A stretch of 35,513 bases of DNA from Pseudomonadota bacterium (GTDB taxonomy: Bacteria; Pseudomonadota; Alphaproteobacteria; Sphingomonadales; JBCDDR01): assembly GCA_039180205.1 (NCBI GenBank), contig JBCDDR010000002.1, positions 1 to 35,513 of the forward strand, in the 5' to 3' direction. The translations under genes and the position numbers were made by a program. The notes below the pieces were generated by a model. It made no database searches. It was not told the origin of the DNA and saw nothing but the letters and a program-made list of their open reading frames with translations. Below are positions 1 through 9,078 of the stretch, in pieces (positions within the stretch are counted from its first letter, which is position 1; every line of letters starts with the position of its first letter).

Positions 1-140
1 AGGTGCAAAGCTCTTGCTGTGGAGCGCCCTTAAAGGCGGGCGAGAACCACCATGCAACAAATGCGAGACATGCAAACAGGAGCTCCCATCTCATACGGGT
101 GCGGCCTTCTTAAAGGCTACCCGGATCAGCTGCGTTCTTG

Positions 141-239
141 TTAGGGAGCATGTAGAAGACCGCACGCATAGACCGCCGCCGTATACCCGGCAGGCCCGGA
201 ACCGATGATAAGCACTTTAGAATGCAGAACTTCTGCCAT
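141..239 (-). pseudogene. N-terminal remnant of a thioredoxin-reductase-like FAD/NAD(P)-dependent disulfide oxidoreductase (32 codons, then TAA)
   Basis: My translation of the minus strand from ATG 239 gives MAEVLHSKVLIIGSGPAGYTAAVYACGLLHAP*. This is the TrxB-type dinucleotide-binding N-terminus (KVLIIGSGPAGYTAA.YA). An AAGGA Shine-Dalgarno lies about 8 nt upstream. None of the three downstream frames continues the family. It is too short to appear in the ORF track. Confidence 0.5.
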
Positions 240-449
240 TGCTATGTCCTTTTGCCTCAAATACCGGGGGAATGGTGACGCCGACCTCACCGTCGACGCG
301 ACCGATCAAATCCCCCGCTAAGCATATCCTGATTTGAACGCTATGTAAGGTGCGGTTTGAAAGATTGAAAGGGGCTCTTGATCAGCAGTTGGTGATTTGG
401 AAACCGTCAGCGTCGCGCCCGGCGCCGGTCCTCGGGCCGCAGCCTCGCC

Positions 450-491
450 ATTCAGTCCTGATTGTCGAGGCCCGAACATTCAGGACTGAAT
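450..491 (-). terminator. Perfect 12-bp stem hairpin (attcagtcctga / tcaggactgaat, 18-nt loop) starting 3 nt after the stop of the kinase-like gene. It has no U-tract.
   Basis: Base pairing checked position by position (a450-t491 through a461-t480). Three further pairs are possible inside the loop. There is no T/U run on either side, so it is not a canonical intrinsic terminator. Confidence 0.3.
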
Positions 492-493
492 AC

Positions 494-2944
494 TTACGAA
501 CGCGAACGGCCTGCAACTTTCGATGATGGCGTCGCGCGCGGAAGACCAACCACAAGCTCTGCCACCTCTGTTTGCCACGCACCACGCCGCGCGTTCGGAT
601 CACGCCTCAGGAAAATGCGCCCGCCCATTTCCTTGATGAGCGTCTCAGCAAGAACCAATGCCGCCCGCCGTCTAGCGGTTTCACCTGATTGCAGGCCCCT
701 CGCTGGCACATGTGCGACCAGGCGATCAAATTGAAAGGCCTTGTCCCACAAAGGTAACGGGATACGGACACCTGCCATTTCATCGTCGAGGACCTGATAT
801 GTGAGCGCGATTGGAGCGCCCGGATGGCCAAAACGAATAGCTTCCAGAAGCAACGTAGTGAGCACGCGCTTCAGCCCCTCCGGATCACCAATCACCGTCG
901 CCGCCTCAACCGGTCCAAGGGCGCGATGTATGATAGAAATCTCGTTCGTCTTTTCAGTTTCCAAAACCGCCACGTCGATCAAGTCCCCCCATTCGAGCGC
1001 AACTTCTCCAAGGGGGTAGGAGCCATCCTCAAGCTTCGCGAGAAACAGGATATCGTTGAGAAGGGTTTCGATCGCCTGTGCGGCGGAGTGTATCCGTTTG
1101 GCTCGCGCACGATAGGCCGGAGAGACGGGGCCAAGGACCTGATTGTCGATCATTTCCGCAAATCCACCGATTGCGTTCAGCGGGGTCAGCGATTCGTGCG
1201 CAACCGCAGAGAGCTCATCGGTTGAGGTTTTCGCAAGCTCGTCGCTTAACCAGCCTGTTGCCGCGGCTTGCGCTTCATCCGCGGCGGAGGCCGCTTTCGG
1301 ATCGGGTAGGAAACCCTTCGTATGCCAATGTGGTTGGATGTCTCCAAGCCGTTGAAACGTTGATTCGCTCTGGGTGGTTCCGCGAAATCCCTGAAACCGA
1401 CCGGTAGGAAGATCAAAAACAGGAACCGCCGATAAGCGCTGCGAACGATCCGCAATGGTTATGGGCAAAAGGCGAAAGGGCGAGCGGCGATCAAGAGCGG
1501 TGTTCATGCGATCGCGTTGCTGCTCCTCCAAGATAAGCGCAACGAGCGATTGCCCAATCGCTTTGCTCGGAGCCAAACGCCATACCCTTGCAAGCTCCGG
1601 GGAAATTGAACGTAAACAGCCGAACCGGTCGGTTTCCCACTCACCGCCGAAAACGTCGTCGCCCGGGCCATTGCCATTTTTGAGATTTGGCGGTGAAAAC
1701 GGATCTTCCGCAGGCGAGCCGCGGCCGCTCGATCCAGACGGGGCAATTCCATCGCCATTCTGGGGGGGGAAGTCGCTCGTTTCGGGCGAGCCCTCAGGAG
1801 GCGAATTCAGCGGAAGTGCGCTGGTTTCACCACTGACGAATGTATCATCACGCTCACCGGTCAATCCTTCGTCTGTGGAGAGCGATATCGTTTCGTCTGC
1901 GATCGCATGGGAAGTCTCACACTCAAAACGCTTCGGCGGCTCAACATAAGAACCAGTGGTGTCGGAGACCAGTTTCAAATGAGGCCCGTCGTTGCCTGAC
2001 GTAAACAATCCCGATCTCGAGGCGAGTGACGGCGTATTCCAGGATGCTGAGACCTCATCATCAGGGCGAGCGGACCCGACTGAGCGTATTTCGTCTTTTG
2101 GAAGGGCGTTGACCGATGCTTCGGACGCTGCGATCGCTTGAGGCCCAAACAAATCGATAATTCGCTCGGAATCTTTCGCACGATCAGCGCGATTTTGGCG
2201 AAATGTCTCCAGCTTTTCGAGCAGATCGCGCACCTCATGCCCCTTCGACGCAGACACCTTGATATCGTCTTCATGGGTATCCGCTGAAGCATCTTCGGTC
2301 AGCGCGGGCAGAACGCTTTCTGAAGTCTCACCATCGCCATCAAAATCAGGGCGCAGATCATCAATATCCTCGCGGCGACTGACAAACTCATCAAACCCCG
2401 AAAGATCGATAACGGCTTGCGGCTTGCTCTCTTCTTCGATCTCGCTATCGTCGGTAGCGTGTGTTGCGTTGGTTGATTGTTGCGAAAGGTCCGCCTCTGC
2501 GGCGGGCGCAAACATGAAATCTTCGCCAAAACTCGGAAACAGATGCGGAGAAATGTCTCCACGCGCATGAAGGGCAGCGCGGTGCGGTTCACTCAGTTCG
2601 GGCAAAAGCGCCTGCCACTGATCATCGTCAAGTCTGAGCCCTGCAACCAAGGGTTCGATGGCAGACTCTTCATCATCGAACAAAACAATCAGATAATCGA
2701 CTGCCGCATGTCGGACTGCGGCCACGGTTTTCAACACATGCTGACGTACATGGACAGGTACGCTAGAGCGCATACGCACAAGCAAATCCAACGCCTTTCG
2801 ACGCTGATGAGGATGACGCACGCTCGCCCGGCGACACAGAAACAGGTCAACGATCTGACGGTAGACGCACGCCCGCAATGCCGGCGATAAATCCCCCTCA
2901 GCCAGGGCGCTCAATGCGCGAAGGCTATCGTTAAAATACAGCAT
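494..2944 (-). CDS. Soluble histidine-kinase-like protein with an intact HisKA H-box and a degenerate catalytic (HATPase_c-like) domain
   Basis: The track ORF is 494..3046. I prefer the ATG at 2944 (MLYFNDS...). The H-box is AHESLTPLNAIGGFAEMI. In the downstream CA-like region the N-box reads LLLEAIRF (Glu where the Mg-ATP Asn is expected). No DxGxG or GxGxG lids are recognisable. A PAS-like segment lies upstream and the middle contains a long acidic, Ser/Pro-rich stretch. No TM helix was seen. Confidence 0.7.
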   Translation of the reverse strand: MLYFNDSLRALSALAEGDLSPALRACVYRQIVDLFLCRRASVRHPHQRRKALDLLVRMRSSVPVHVRQHVLKTVAAVRHAAVDYLIVLFDDEESAIEPLVAGLRLDDDQWQALLPELSEPHRAALHARGDISPHLFPSFGEDFMFAPAAEADLSQQSTNATHATDDSEIEEESKPQAVIDLSGFDEFVSRREDIDDLRPDFDGDGETSESVLPALTEDASADTHEDDIKVSASKGHEVRDLLEKLETFRQNRADRAKDSERIIDLFGPQAIAASEASVNALPKDEIRSVGSARPDDEVSASWNTPSLASRSGLFTSGNDGPHLKLVSDTTGSYVEPPKRFECETSHAIADETISLSTDEGLTGERDDTFVSGETSALPLNSPPEGSPETSDFPPQNGDGIAPSGSSGRGSPAEDPFSPPNLKNGNGPGDDVFGGEWETDRFGCLRSISPELARVWRLAPSKAIGQSLVALILEEQQRDRMNTALDRRSPFRLLPITIADRSQRLSAVPVFDLPTGRFQGFRGTTQSESTFQRLGDIQPHWHTKGFLPDPKAASAADEAQAAATGWLSDELAKTSTDELSAVAHESLTPLNAIGGFAEMIDNQVLGPVSPAYRARAKRIHSAAQAIETLLNDILFLAKLEDGSYPLGEVALEWGDLIDVAVLETEKTNEISIIHRALGPVEAATVIGDPEGLKRVLTTLLLEAIRFGHPGAPIALTYQVLDDEMAGVRIPLPLWDKAFQFDRLVAHVPARGLQSGETARRRAALVLAETLIKEMGGRIFLRRDPNARRGAWQTEVAELVVGLPRATPSSKVAGRSRS

Positions 2945-3123
2945 TCCCCACCAAACCCACAAACGCAACTGGAGCCGCCTGGTTTCCCCGATGATGCAAT
3001 TGAAACCCTTGTGCGACCGCGCCGCGATCAGGGTTCCGCCAGGCACTCATGCTCAACGTCAAAAAAACGGCGTTTTCCCCTACCCGTCTCTAAGACATTG
3101 AAATCGGATGCCGAAATCACTGC

Positions 3124-3151
3124 GGTGGAAAAAGTTCTGACCTTTTCCACC
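3124..3151. repeat. Inverted repeat with 9-bp arms (ggtggaaaa / ttttccacc) and a 10-nt spacer, in an AT-rich divergent intergenic region
   Basis: Read directly from the sequence. It lies about 180 nt upstream of the kinase-like gene start and has no flanking T-run. Confidence 0.6.
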
Positions 3152-3537
3152 AACAATTACCTCTGTTTATGTTTACTCATGTACCAAACAAAATTCAGAA
3201 AAAACCAGTCACGCCAGCAACCACGAACCATCAATTCATGAGGTATAGCGCAAAAACCTGCGCAAGTCATGTCAGGATTTGGTACAATTTGTTTATTCTG
3301 GTTTCAGCTCGCCCTCGTTTCTTCGACGGAACATTTCTCATTCTAACGAAAATTTGAAAAGATAAACTCGCATTGTGATGCTTTATGTCTTAAACGAATA
3401 CGAAAAGTAGCCAGATGTGAAATCTATCGAAGGGTTTTTGCAGGATTTAACGCGATCGCGATAGCTATGACGCTGTTTTGCCAACTGATTTGAAGCACAG
3501 CGGAAGTGGATGGAGTTTTGGGGAGAGGGATAAGCAA

Positions 3538-4014
3538 ATGTCGCATGGAAAGCTGGATGCCGTTGATCGGCGAATTCTATATCATCTTCAGGAAGATGGT
3601 CGCATGACGAATGTTGATCTGGCGTCGAAGGCGGGGATCACAGCACCGCCATGCCTCAGACGCGTGCGCGCACTTGAAAAGCAAGGCTATATTCGCGGAT
3701 ATCATGCGGATCTCGACGCTGCCATGATGGGATATGGCATCACCGTTTTTGCGATGGTGGGCTTGAAACAGCAATCAGAAGCCGATCTCAAAGCCTTTGA
3801 ACAGGCGGTTGCAGAATGGCCACTCGTTCGCGAGTGCTTTATGCTCAATGGCGAGATCGATTTTATTTTGAAGGTGGTCGCCAAGGACCTTGCCGAGTTT
3901 CAGCTTTTCCTGACCAGCCATCTGACGGCACTGGAAAACGTGGCGAGCGTGAAGACTTCGCTCACCATCCGCAATGCAAAGAGTTTGCCCGGCATTCCGA
4001 TCACAGATCTCTAA
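3538..4014 (+). CDS. lrp: Lrp/AsnC-family transcriptional regulator
   Basis: MSHGKLDAVDRRILYHLQEDGRMTNVDLASKAGITAPPCLRRVRALEKQGYIRGY is the AsnC-type HTH. It is followed by an AsnC/RAM ligand domain (GYGITVFAMVGLK...ECFMLNGEIDFILKV). I chose the ATG at 3538 over the upstream alternative start at 3478. Confidence 0.85.
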   Translation: MSHGKLDAVDRRILYHLQEDGRMTNVDLASKAGITAPPCLRRVRALEKQGYIRGYHADLDAAMMGYGITVFAMVGLKQQSEADLKAFEQAVAEWPLVRECFMLNGEIDFILKVVAKDLAEFQLFLTSHLTALENVASVKTSLTIRNAKSLPGIPITDL

Positions 4015-4049
4015 TCGGAAGCTACCCGAAGAAGTCGTCAAAGGCGATG

Positions 4050-5138
4050 TCACCCGGTGCGAATGGTCCGAAAACGACGATATAGCGAACGGATCAGTTT
4101 CAAGCTTGGCCGCTCAATGAAATAGGTCATGGCACTTGCGATGGTGAGTGCGACCGCAAGCGCCGTGCCGGTGGATATCCAGAAATCGAAACCTCCCTCA
4201 TACAGGCTTTTCATAATGCGATAGCCGATATTCTGGTGGGTGAGGTAAAGACTGTAGGAAATCGTCCCCAAAAACACGAGAGGGCGCAGCGCAATCCATT
4301 TGAGCCAGCCCGATACAAATCCGATGAACGCCGCATAAAAAACCGTAATGAATGCCATTTCCACCAGATCGTAACGGAGGAAATTAACGGCGTAACTACC
4401 GATGATTAATGAGAGGGGGCCGAACGACCAGCCATCACGCCGCACGATATAGAAGGCAATGCCGGCAACAAAAAGCTGGCCATAGGTGAGGACGAGATAC
4501 CCGATAATCCTGCCAACCCAGACGTCTACTTCGGCAAGCCCGGTTGCCACCGTGATCGCGCCTGCGATCAGCCACACCCAACAGAATAGTCTGATTTTAT
4601 CGAGCGCCCCACACGCAAACGCCAGGCAGACCAATGCGTAAAAACAAAGTTCGACAGTCAGTGTCCAATAGACGCCATCGACATGAGGCACGAAGGGTTT
4701 GTGCATCAATGTAAAGTTCAAGAACACCTGCGTAATCGTTACCTCAAGACCCGGCAAAGGGGCGATGGCAAGAACGGTCGCAGTCAGGATGACCGCAAAC
4801 CAAAAAGGTGGGAAAATTCGGGAAAAGCGCGAAACGACGAAGTCGGCAGGGACCTTGCAGCGCAGGACAGTCATGAAAATCACAAAGCCCGAGATCATAA
4901 AAAAGAGCTCGACCCCCAGATAACCCAACGTGAGCCGGAAGGGGGGAAGTTCCGGGTGCCGAAACAACTCGTGATAGCGCTGGGTATAATGATAGATCAC
5001 CACGACCAGTGCGGCTATGCCCCGGAAAACGTCGAGCTCAAGAAGGCGCCCATCAGACACCTTCAGGCCGGGTGACCGCTCCGTGGTGCTGGCTGCCGAG
5101 CTTATGTGAACAGCATCACGGGGAGGGGCGGATGCCAT
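4050..5138 (-). CDS. Acyltransferase family 3 (OafA/YrhL-like) integral membrane O-acyltransferase
   Basis: 362 aa, polytopic. The N-terminal signature is LELDVFRGIAALVVVIYHY, followed by about 10 hydrophobic segments. It starts 12 nt downstream of the GT2 gene stop. Confidence 0.75.
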   Translation of the reverse strand: MASAPPRDAVHISSAASTTERSPGLKVSDGRLLELDVFRGIAALVVVIYHYTQRYHELFRHPELPPFRLTLGYLGVELFFMISGFVIFMTVLRCKVPADFVVSRFSRIFPPFWFAVILTATVLAIAPLPGLEVTITQVFLNFTLMHKPFVPHVDGVYWTLTVELCFYALVCLAFACGALDKIRLFCWVWLIAGAITVATGLAEVDVWVGRIIGYLVLTYGQLFVAGIAFYIVRRDGWSFGPLSLIIGSYAVNFLRYDLVEMAFITVFYAAFIGFVSGWLKWIALRPLVFLGTISYSLYLTHQNIGYRIMKSLYEGGFDFWISTGTALAVALTIASAMTYFIERPSLKLIRSLYRRFRTIRTG

Positions 5139-5150
5139 GAGGACGCTGTC

Positions 5151-6338
5151 CTATTTCTTCCAGGTGAGAACCGACGAGACGCCATAATTCCAGACCACAC
5201 CCACCAGCACACCCGCAATGGCCGAAAGCCACCAGGCGGTATCGAGGTTATAGATATATTGAGCGACACCCACGTTGCCGATCGCGCCGACGGCGCAAAT
5301 CGCGTAGAATGAAAGGAGCCCGGTGAAAAAGCGGGTCCCGGTCAGGCGTTTATCGCGATAGGTGATAAAGTTGTTGAGGATATAGTTGAACGTCATCGCG
5401 ACGATGGTCGCAATCCCCTGCGCGATCGCAAAACCGATCGCCAACGCCTTGAAGGCCACCCCAAGCACGGCGAGATGGACAATCAGGCCCAGCCCGCCAA
5501 TCGCGGCAAACATGACAAAGCGCACGGGCACGATATGCCCGACCATTTTATCAAGCAGCATCACGAGGTATTCCCAGGCGACAGCACTATCGAGCTTGCT
5601 CTCACCGGCGACGCGCGTGCGGAATTCGTAAGGTAGTTCTTTCACTTTCAGTGGTTCGGGTGATGAGGCCACCAGGTCCAGCAGAATTTTGAACCCAATT
5701 CCCGAGGTCTCCCGAACCGAGCGGGTAAAGGCCTCTCGCGTCACCATAAAAAATCCGCTCATAGGATCGCTCAAGCGCACATTTTTGAGCACCATGTCAG
5801 ACAGCCTGGTTGCGAATTTCGATATTGACTGGCGGCTTTCTTCCCAATCCCCGAACCCGCCGCCCTCGACATATCGGCTCCCGACCGCAAGGTCATAGCC
5901 GTCCGCGCGCAATGCGTGCAGCATATCGGGTAGAATTCGCTCATCATGTTGCATATCGCCATCAATGACCGCGAGATAGGGTGCAGGCGTTGCCAGCATC
6001 CCTTCGATGACCGCAGTGGAAAGGCCGCGCCGACCGATCCGCTGCACGACGCGGACGCGGGGATTGTTACGGCCGATTTCGCGCACCAGATCGGCGGTGC
6101 CATCGGTCGAGTCATCATCGACAAACACGGCTTCCCACGTGACCCCAGTCAAGGCATCGTCGAGTTTGGCGAGCAGCGGTCGTACATTGTCAAATTCATT
6201 GAGCACGGGGATGATCACCGCGACGGTCAAATCCCCCGCGGACGCGGGCCGGGGTGCCGCATCAGCATTCACCGCACGGTTTTTGCCTTCAGCATCGATT
6301 TCGGTCTCAAGCACAACTTCAGACAGTTTTGCGGACAT
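5151..6338 (-). CDS. Family 2 glycosyltransferase (polyprenyl-phosphate sugar synthase, DPM1/GtrB/ArnC-like) fused to a C-terminal GtrA-like 4-TM domain
   Basis: The GT-A core is VAVIIPVLNEFDNV...VFVDDDSTDGT...IDGDMQHD. The C-terminal roughly 120 aa (VRFVMFAAIGGLGLIVHLAVL...NYILNNFITYRD...VWNYGVSSVLTWKK) matches the GtrA-like pattern. Confidence 0.8.
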   Translation of the reverse strand: MSAKLSEVVLETEIDAEGKNRAVNADAAPRPASAGDLTVAVIIPVLNEFDNVRPLLAKLDDALTGVTWEAVFVDDDSTDGTADLVREIGRNNPRVRVVQRIGRRGLSTAVIEGMLATPAPYLAVIDGDMQHDERILPDMLHALRADGYDLAVGSRYVEGGGFGDWEESRQSISKFATRLSDMVLKNVRLSDPMSGFFMVTREAFTRSVRETSGIGFKILLDLVASSPEPLKVKELPYEFRTRVAGESKLDSAVAWEYLVMLLDKMVGHIVPVRFVMFAAIGGLGLIVHLAVLGVAFKALAIGFAIAQGIATIVAMTFNYILNNFITYRDKRLTGTRFFTGLLSFYAICAVGAIGNVGVAQYIYNLDTAWWLSAIAGVLVGVVWNYGVSSVLTWKK

Positions 6339-8106
6339 TATCGATCATTCCCCCTTGGCCACCCGTCTCAACAGGCTTTTTCGGCGATATCACCATGCGA
6401 ATACTGATCATAGCGAGCAATAGCAAAAAGAAACTGAACAAACTGATCCATGGTGCCAAACGTTCAAGCGCGACACCTGCCCAGGAAATGCTGACGCTTT
6501 GCGCTCCTTGCGGTGCTTCCAAACGGATGAGACCGCTTTGCCTGTCCTTCGTTAGCGGCACAGTTTCGCCATTCATCGCGACCTCTAGCGCGGGAAAGGC
6601 GAAGAAAGGTAGGATGATTGGTTGTTGCGTGGGTGACGTGAAAGCCAGTTCCCACCCGGATTTGATCCGGCGGCGCGGGCTACACGACAGTCGTTGCCGT
6701 GCGCATTCGCCCTGCCAGCCACCGCTGTCTCGATAGTCACGCCAACCACTCTCAGGTGGCAAATATTCGCCGAGCCCCTTGTAAGGAATGAGTTGATCCT
6801 CCCGGCTCGCAAGTGGCGTTCCATCCATCAGGGCATTTTTCGAAAGAATGGCGATCCCCATCGCGGCATGAAGGGCGATGGGCAAGGCAACGATCACGAG
6901 GCCAAGATGCTCCCGTTTAGGTGCAAGCCGTACCCATGCGTACGCGGCGAGGATGAGCGCGATGGGCGTTAGAAGCGTCATGAAGCGAAAGGGGAATTGC
7001 ACCTTTCGAAGCGGAGTGTCGAAAAGCCAAAGCGGGTAACTGAGCTCGGAAGCGAAAAAGAGTGCTGCCAAAGCCATTGCGATAAGCGCGATCGCCGGCG
7101 AAAACGCATGATCACCAGCGCCACGGTCGGCGGGCTTTGACCGCGAAAGGGCTATCGCGGCCCCAACGACAAGCAACAGCAATGCCACCGGAATAGGCCA
7201 CTGAAAAGCAAACCAGCGCATGCCATTTGCCGCCCATGAAAATGTTGAAAATGCGAAGGCATCCCAGGGAACATATTTATTGGTCCATACGCCAGCGCTG
7301 ATCATGTCGAGGGAGCCCATCGCCGGGATAAGGTAAAAGCCCGACAGCCCCAACCCCAGGACAACAGCACACAACCAGGCAACCCACGGTCGCGGATTGA
7401 TCGCCAAGGGGCCTATCGTCAAACGGTTCGGACGGTCCATTTGCGATCTGGATACAGCCCCGAATACATGAAAACTCACCACCATGAGCGCCAGAAGCGC
7501 GGTCACCGTGTGGGTGATCACCAACAGCGCGATCGAGATGGTCGCAAGCGGATTGACCCAAAGTGATGGCGCCTTAGGTCGCATGACCGCGTAGATCAGC
7601 ATGGCCGCGGGCGCCATCGCAACCGCCCAGGGAAAGCCATTGAACCCGTGATGCAAGAGCAGCGTCATCGGTGCAATGATCGCCGAAAGCCCGGCAATTC
7701 GACCGAGCCTTGGTGTCGCCCAGATACTCACCGTTTTGGCGACGAAAAGCCCCAACCAGAAGCTCGCGAAAATCTCCACGATTTGCATCGCTGTAAAGGT
7801 GTTCGACACGATCTGCCGAACCAGCGCAGTGGCCCAGTAGTAAAGCGGTGAGTAAAAAAGCAGCGCGGGTTCACCCAGACCGCCGTTTGCGTAGGCCATC
7901 CAGCGCGGATAAAAATCGCCAACGCCCCAGGCTTCGACCATTTCCATCGACCAGCGATAATGCACGAGAAAGTCGAGATTTGAATCGACCCGGGCAAAAA
8001 CGAGATGCGGCACGTGCGCAACAATTGCGGCAAAGAAAAATAGCAGCACGGCGGGCCATTCAACCCGCGGCGTTGGTCTGTCGTCAAACGTGGCTGCGTC
8101 GGTCAT
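6319..8106 (-). CDS. Large polytopic membrane protein, putative GT-C-type (ArnT/PMT/GtrC-like) glycosyltransferase
   Basis: 595 aa with many hydrophobic helices. It has an N-terminal YPRW....NGGLGEP.LLFYSPLYY loop, a soluble-looking domain near the C-terminus and a final TM. Its stop overlaps the GT2 start by 20 nt. The family assignment comes from topology and context only. Confidence 0.5.
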   Translation of the reverse strand: MTDAATFDDRPTPRVEWPAVLLFFFAAIVAHVPHLVFARVDSNLDFLVHYRWSMEMVEAWGVGDFYPRWMAYANGGLGEPALLFYSPLYYWATALVRQIVSNTFTAMQIVEIFASFWLGLFVAKTVSIWATPRLGRIAGLSAIIAPMTLLLHHGFNGFPWAVAMAPAAMLIYAVMRPKAPSLWVNPLATISIALLVITHTVTALLALMVVSFHVFGAVSRSQMDRPNRLTIGPLAINPRPWVAWLCAVVLGLGLSGFYLIPAMGSLDMISAGVWTNKYVPWDAFAFSTFSWAANGMRWFAFQWPIPVALLLLVVGAAIALSRSKPADRGAGDHAFSPAIALIAMALAALFFASELSYPLWLFDTPLRKVQFPFRFMTLLTPIALILAAYAWVRLAPKREHLGLVIVALPIALHAAMGIAILSKNALMDGTPLASREDQLIPYKGLGEYLPPESGWRDYRDSGGWQGECARQRLSCSPRRRIKSGWELAFTSPTQQPIILPFFAFPALEVAMNGETVPLTKDRQSGLIRLEAPQGAQSVSISWAGVALERLAPWISLFSFFLLLLAMISIRMVISPKKPVETGGQGGMIDNVRKTV

Positions 8107-8248
8107 GTTTATTCCGTGCGATCATGGAGTTCTGATCGGAAAGCCGAACATCGCGGATAACACGACCCTGGCCCTTCAGGGGAACCCCTACTGTAGCGCG
8201 GTTAAACTCGCATGAACGATCCGGAATTCAAATGCCTTAGCTTGACCC

Positions 8249-9025
8249 CTAGCCTTGGCGTTCCAGCATCATTTTCTTCGTTTCGGCGATCGCCTTCGCG
8301 GGGTTCAAACCCTTCGGGCACGCGTTCGCACAGTTCATGATCGTGTGGCAACGGTATAGCCGGAAGGGATCCTCGAGATCATCAAGCCGCTCACCCGTCA
8401 TTTCATCACGGCTATCCACCAACCAGCGATAGGATTGGAGCAGGATTGCGGGACCTAAGTACTTATCTGAATTCCACCAATAGCTGGGGCAGGATGTGGA
8501 GCAGCATGCGCACAGGATGCACTCATAAAGCCCGTCGAGCTTCTCGCGCTCTTCTTTTGATTGCAGACGCTCTTTTGTCGGTGCAGGCGACTGGGTTTGC
8601 ATCCATGGTTTGATCGACGCATATTGGGCGTAGAAATGCTTGAAGTCTGGCACCAGGTCCTTGACGACCTCCATGTGCGGCAACGGTGTTACGTTGACCT
8701 TGCCTTTCACCTCACCGATCGCTGTCGTGCAGGCGAGGCCATTTTTTCCATCGATATTCATCGCGCATGAGCCGCAAACCCCCTCACGACACGAACGGCG
8801 CAGCGTCAGCGTAGGATCAATCTCATTTTTGATCTTGAGCAACGCATCGAGAACCATCGGGCCACAATCATCAAGGTTGATGGTATAGCTGTCCATACGC
8901 GGATTTTTGCCGTCATCAGGATTCCAACGATAAACCCGGAATGTCTTGAGGTTTTCGCCTTCCTGTGCGGGGTGATCGACGCCCCTAGTAATTTTCGAAT
9001 TTTTGGGAAGTGCAAATTCAGCCAT
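8249..9025 (-). CDS. sdhB: Succinate dehydrogenase iron-sulfur subunit
   Basis: Cys clusters are [23 protein letters not shown] and [12 protein letters not shown]. The SdhB-like sequence is full length. An AAAGGTGAG SD lies upstream. Confidence 0.97.
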   Translation of the reverse strand: MAEFALPKNSKITRGVDHPAQEGENLKTFRVYRWNPDDGKNPRMDSYTINLDDCGPMVLDALLKIKNEIDPTLTLRRSCREGVCGSCAMNIDGKNGLACTTAIGEVKGKVNVTPLPHMEVVKDLVPDFKHFYAQYASIKPWMQTQSPAPTKERLQSKEEREKLDGLYECILCACCSTSCPSYWWNSDKYLGPAILLQSYRWLVDSRDEMTGERLDDLEDPFRLYRCHTIMNCANACPKGLNPAKAIAETKKMMLERQG

Positions 9026-9078
9026 ATAATCTCACCTTTTGCTCACGTCGCTGACAAGAGCCATGGTCAACGAAATGT

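Noticed and set aside
14-208. 64-aa plus-strand ORF at the left edge
   Set aside because: It has no recognisable motif. It overlaps, in antisense, the clearly recognisable TrxB-like N-terminal fragment. Its composition looks like a random open frame.
304-318. gatcaaatcccccgc resembles a tRNA/tmRNA T-arm (GGTTCAAATCC)
   Set aside because: The GGTTC half is missing. I could not fold an acceptor stem, an anticodon arm or a tmRNA-like 3' CCA context around it.
1455-1949. 164-aa ORF antisense to the kinase-like gene (several similar ORFs lie in 800-2900)
   Set aside because: These are Arg/Ser/Pro-rich translations typical of the opposite strand of a GC-rich gene. The sense frame carries clear HisKA and PAS-like sequence.
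3169-3357. 62-aa ORF in the AT-rich intergenic region
   Set aside because: There is no SD and the sequence is low-complexity (KKPVTPATTNHQ...). In AT-rich DNA an open frame of this length is weak evidence. I kept it only as a possibility under the intergenic finding.
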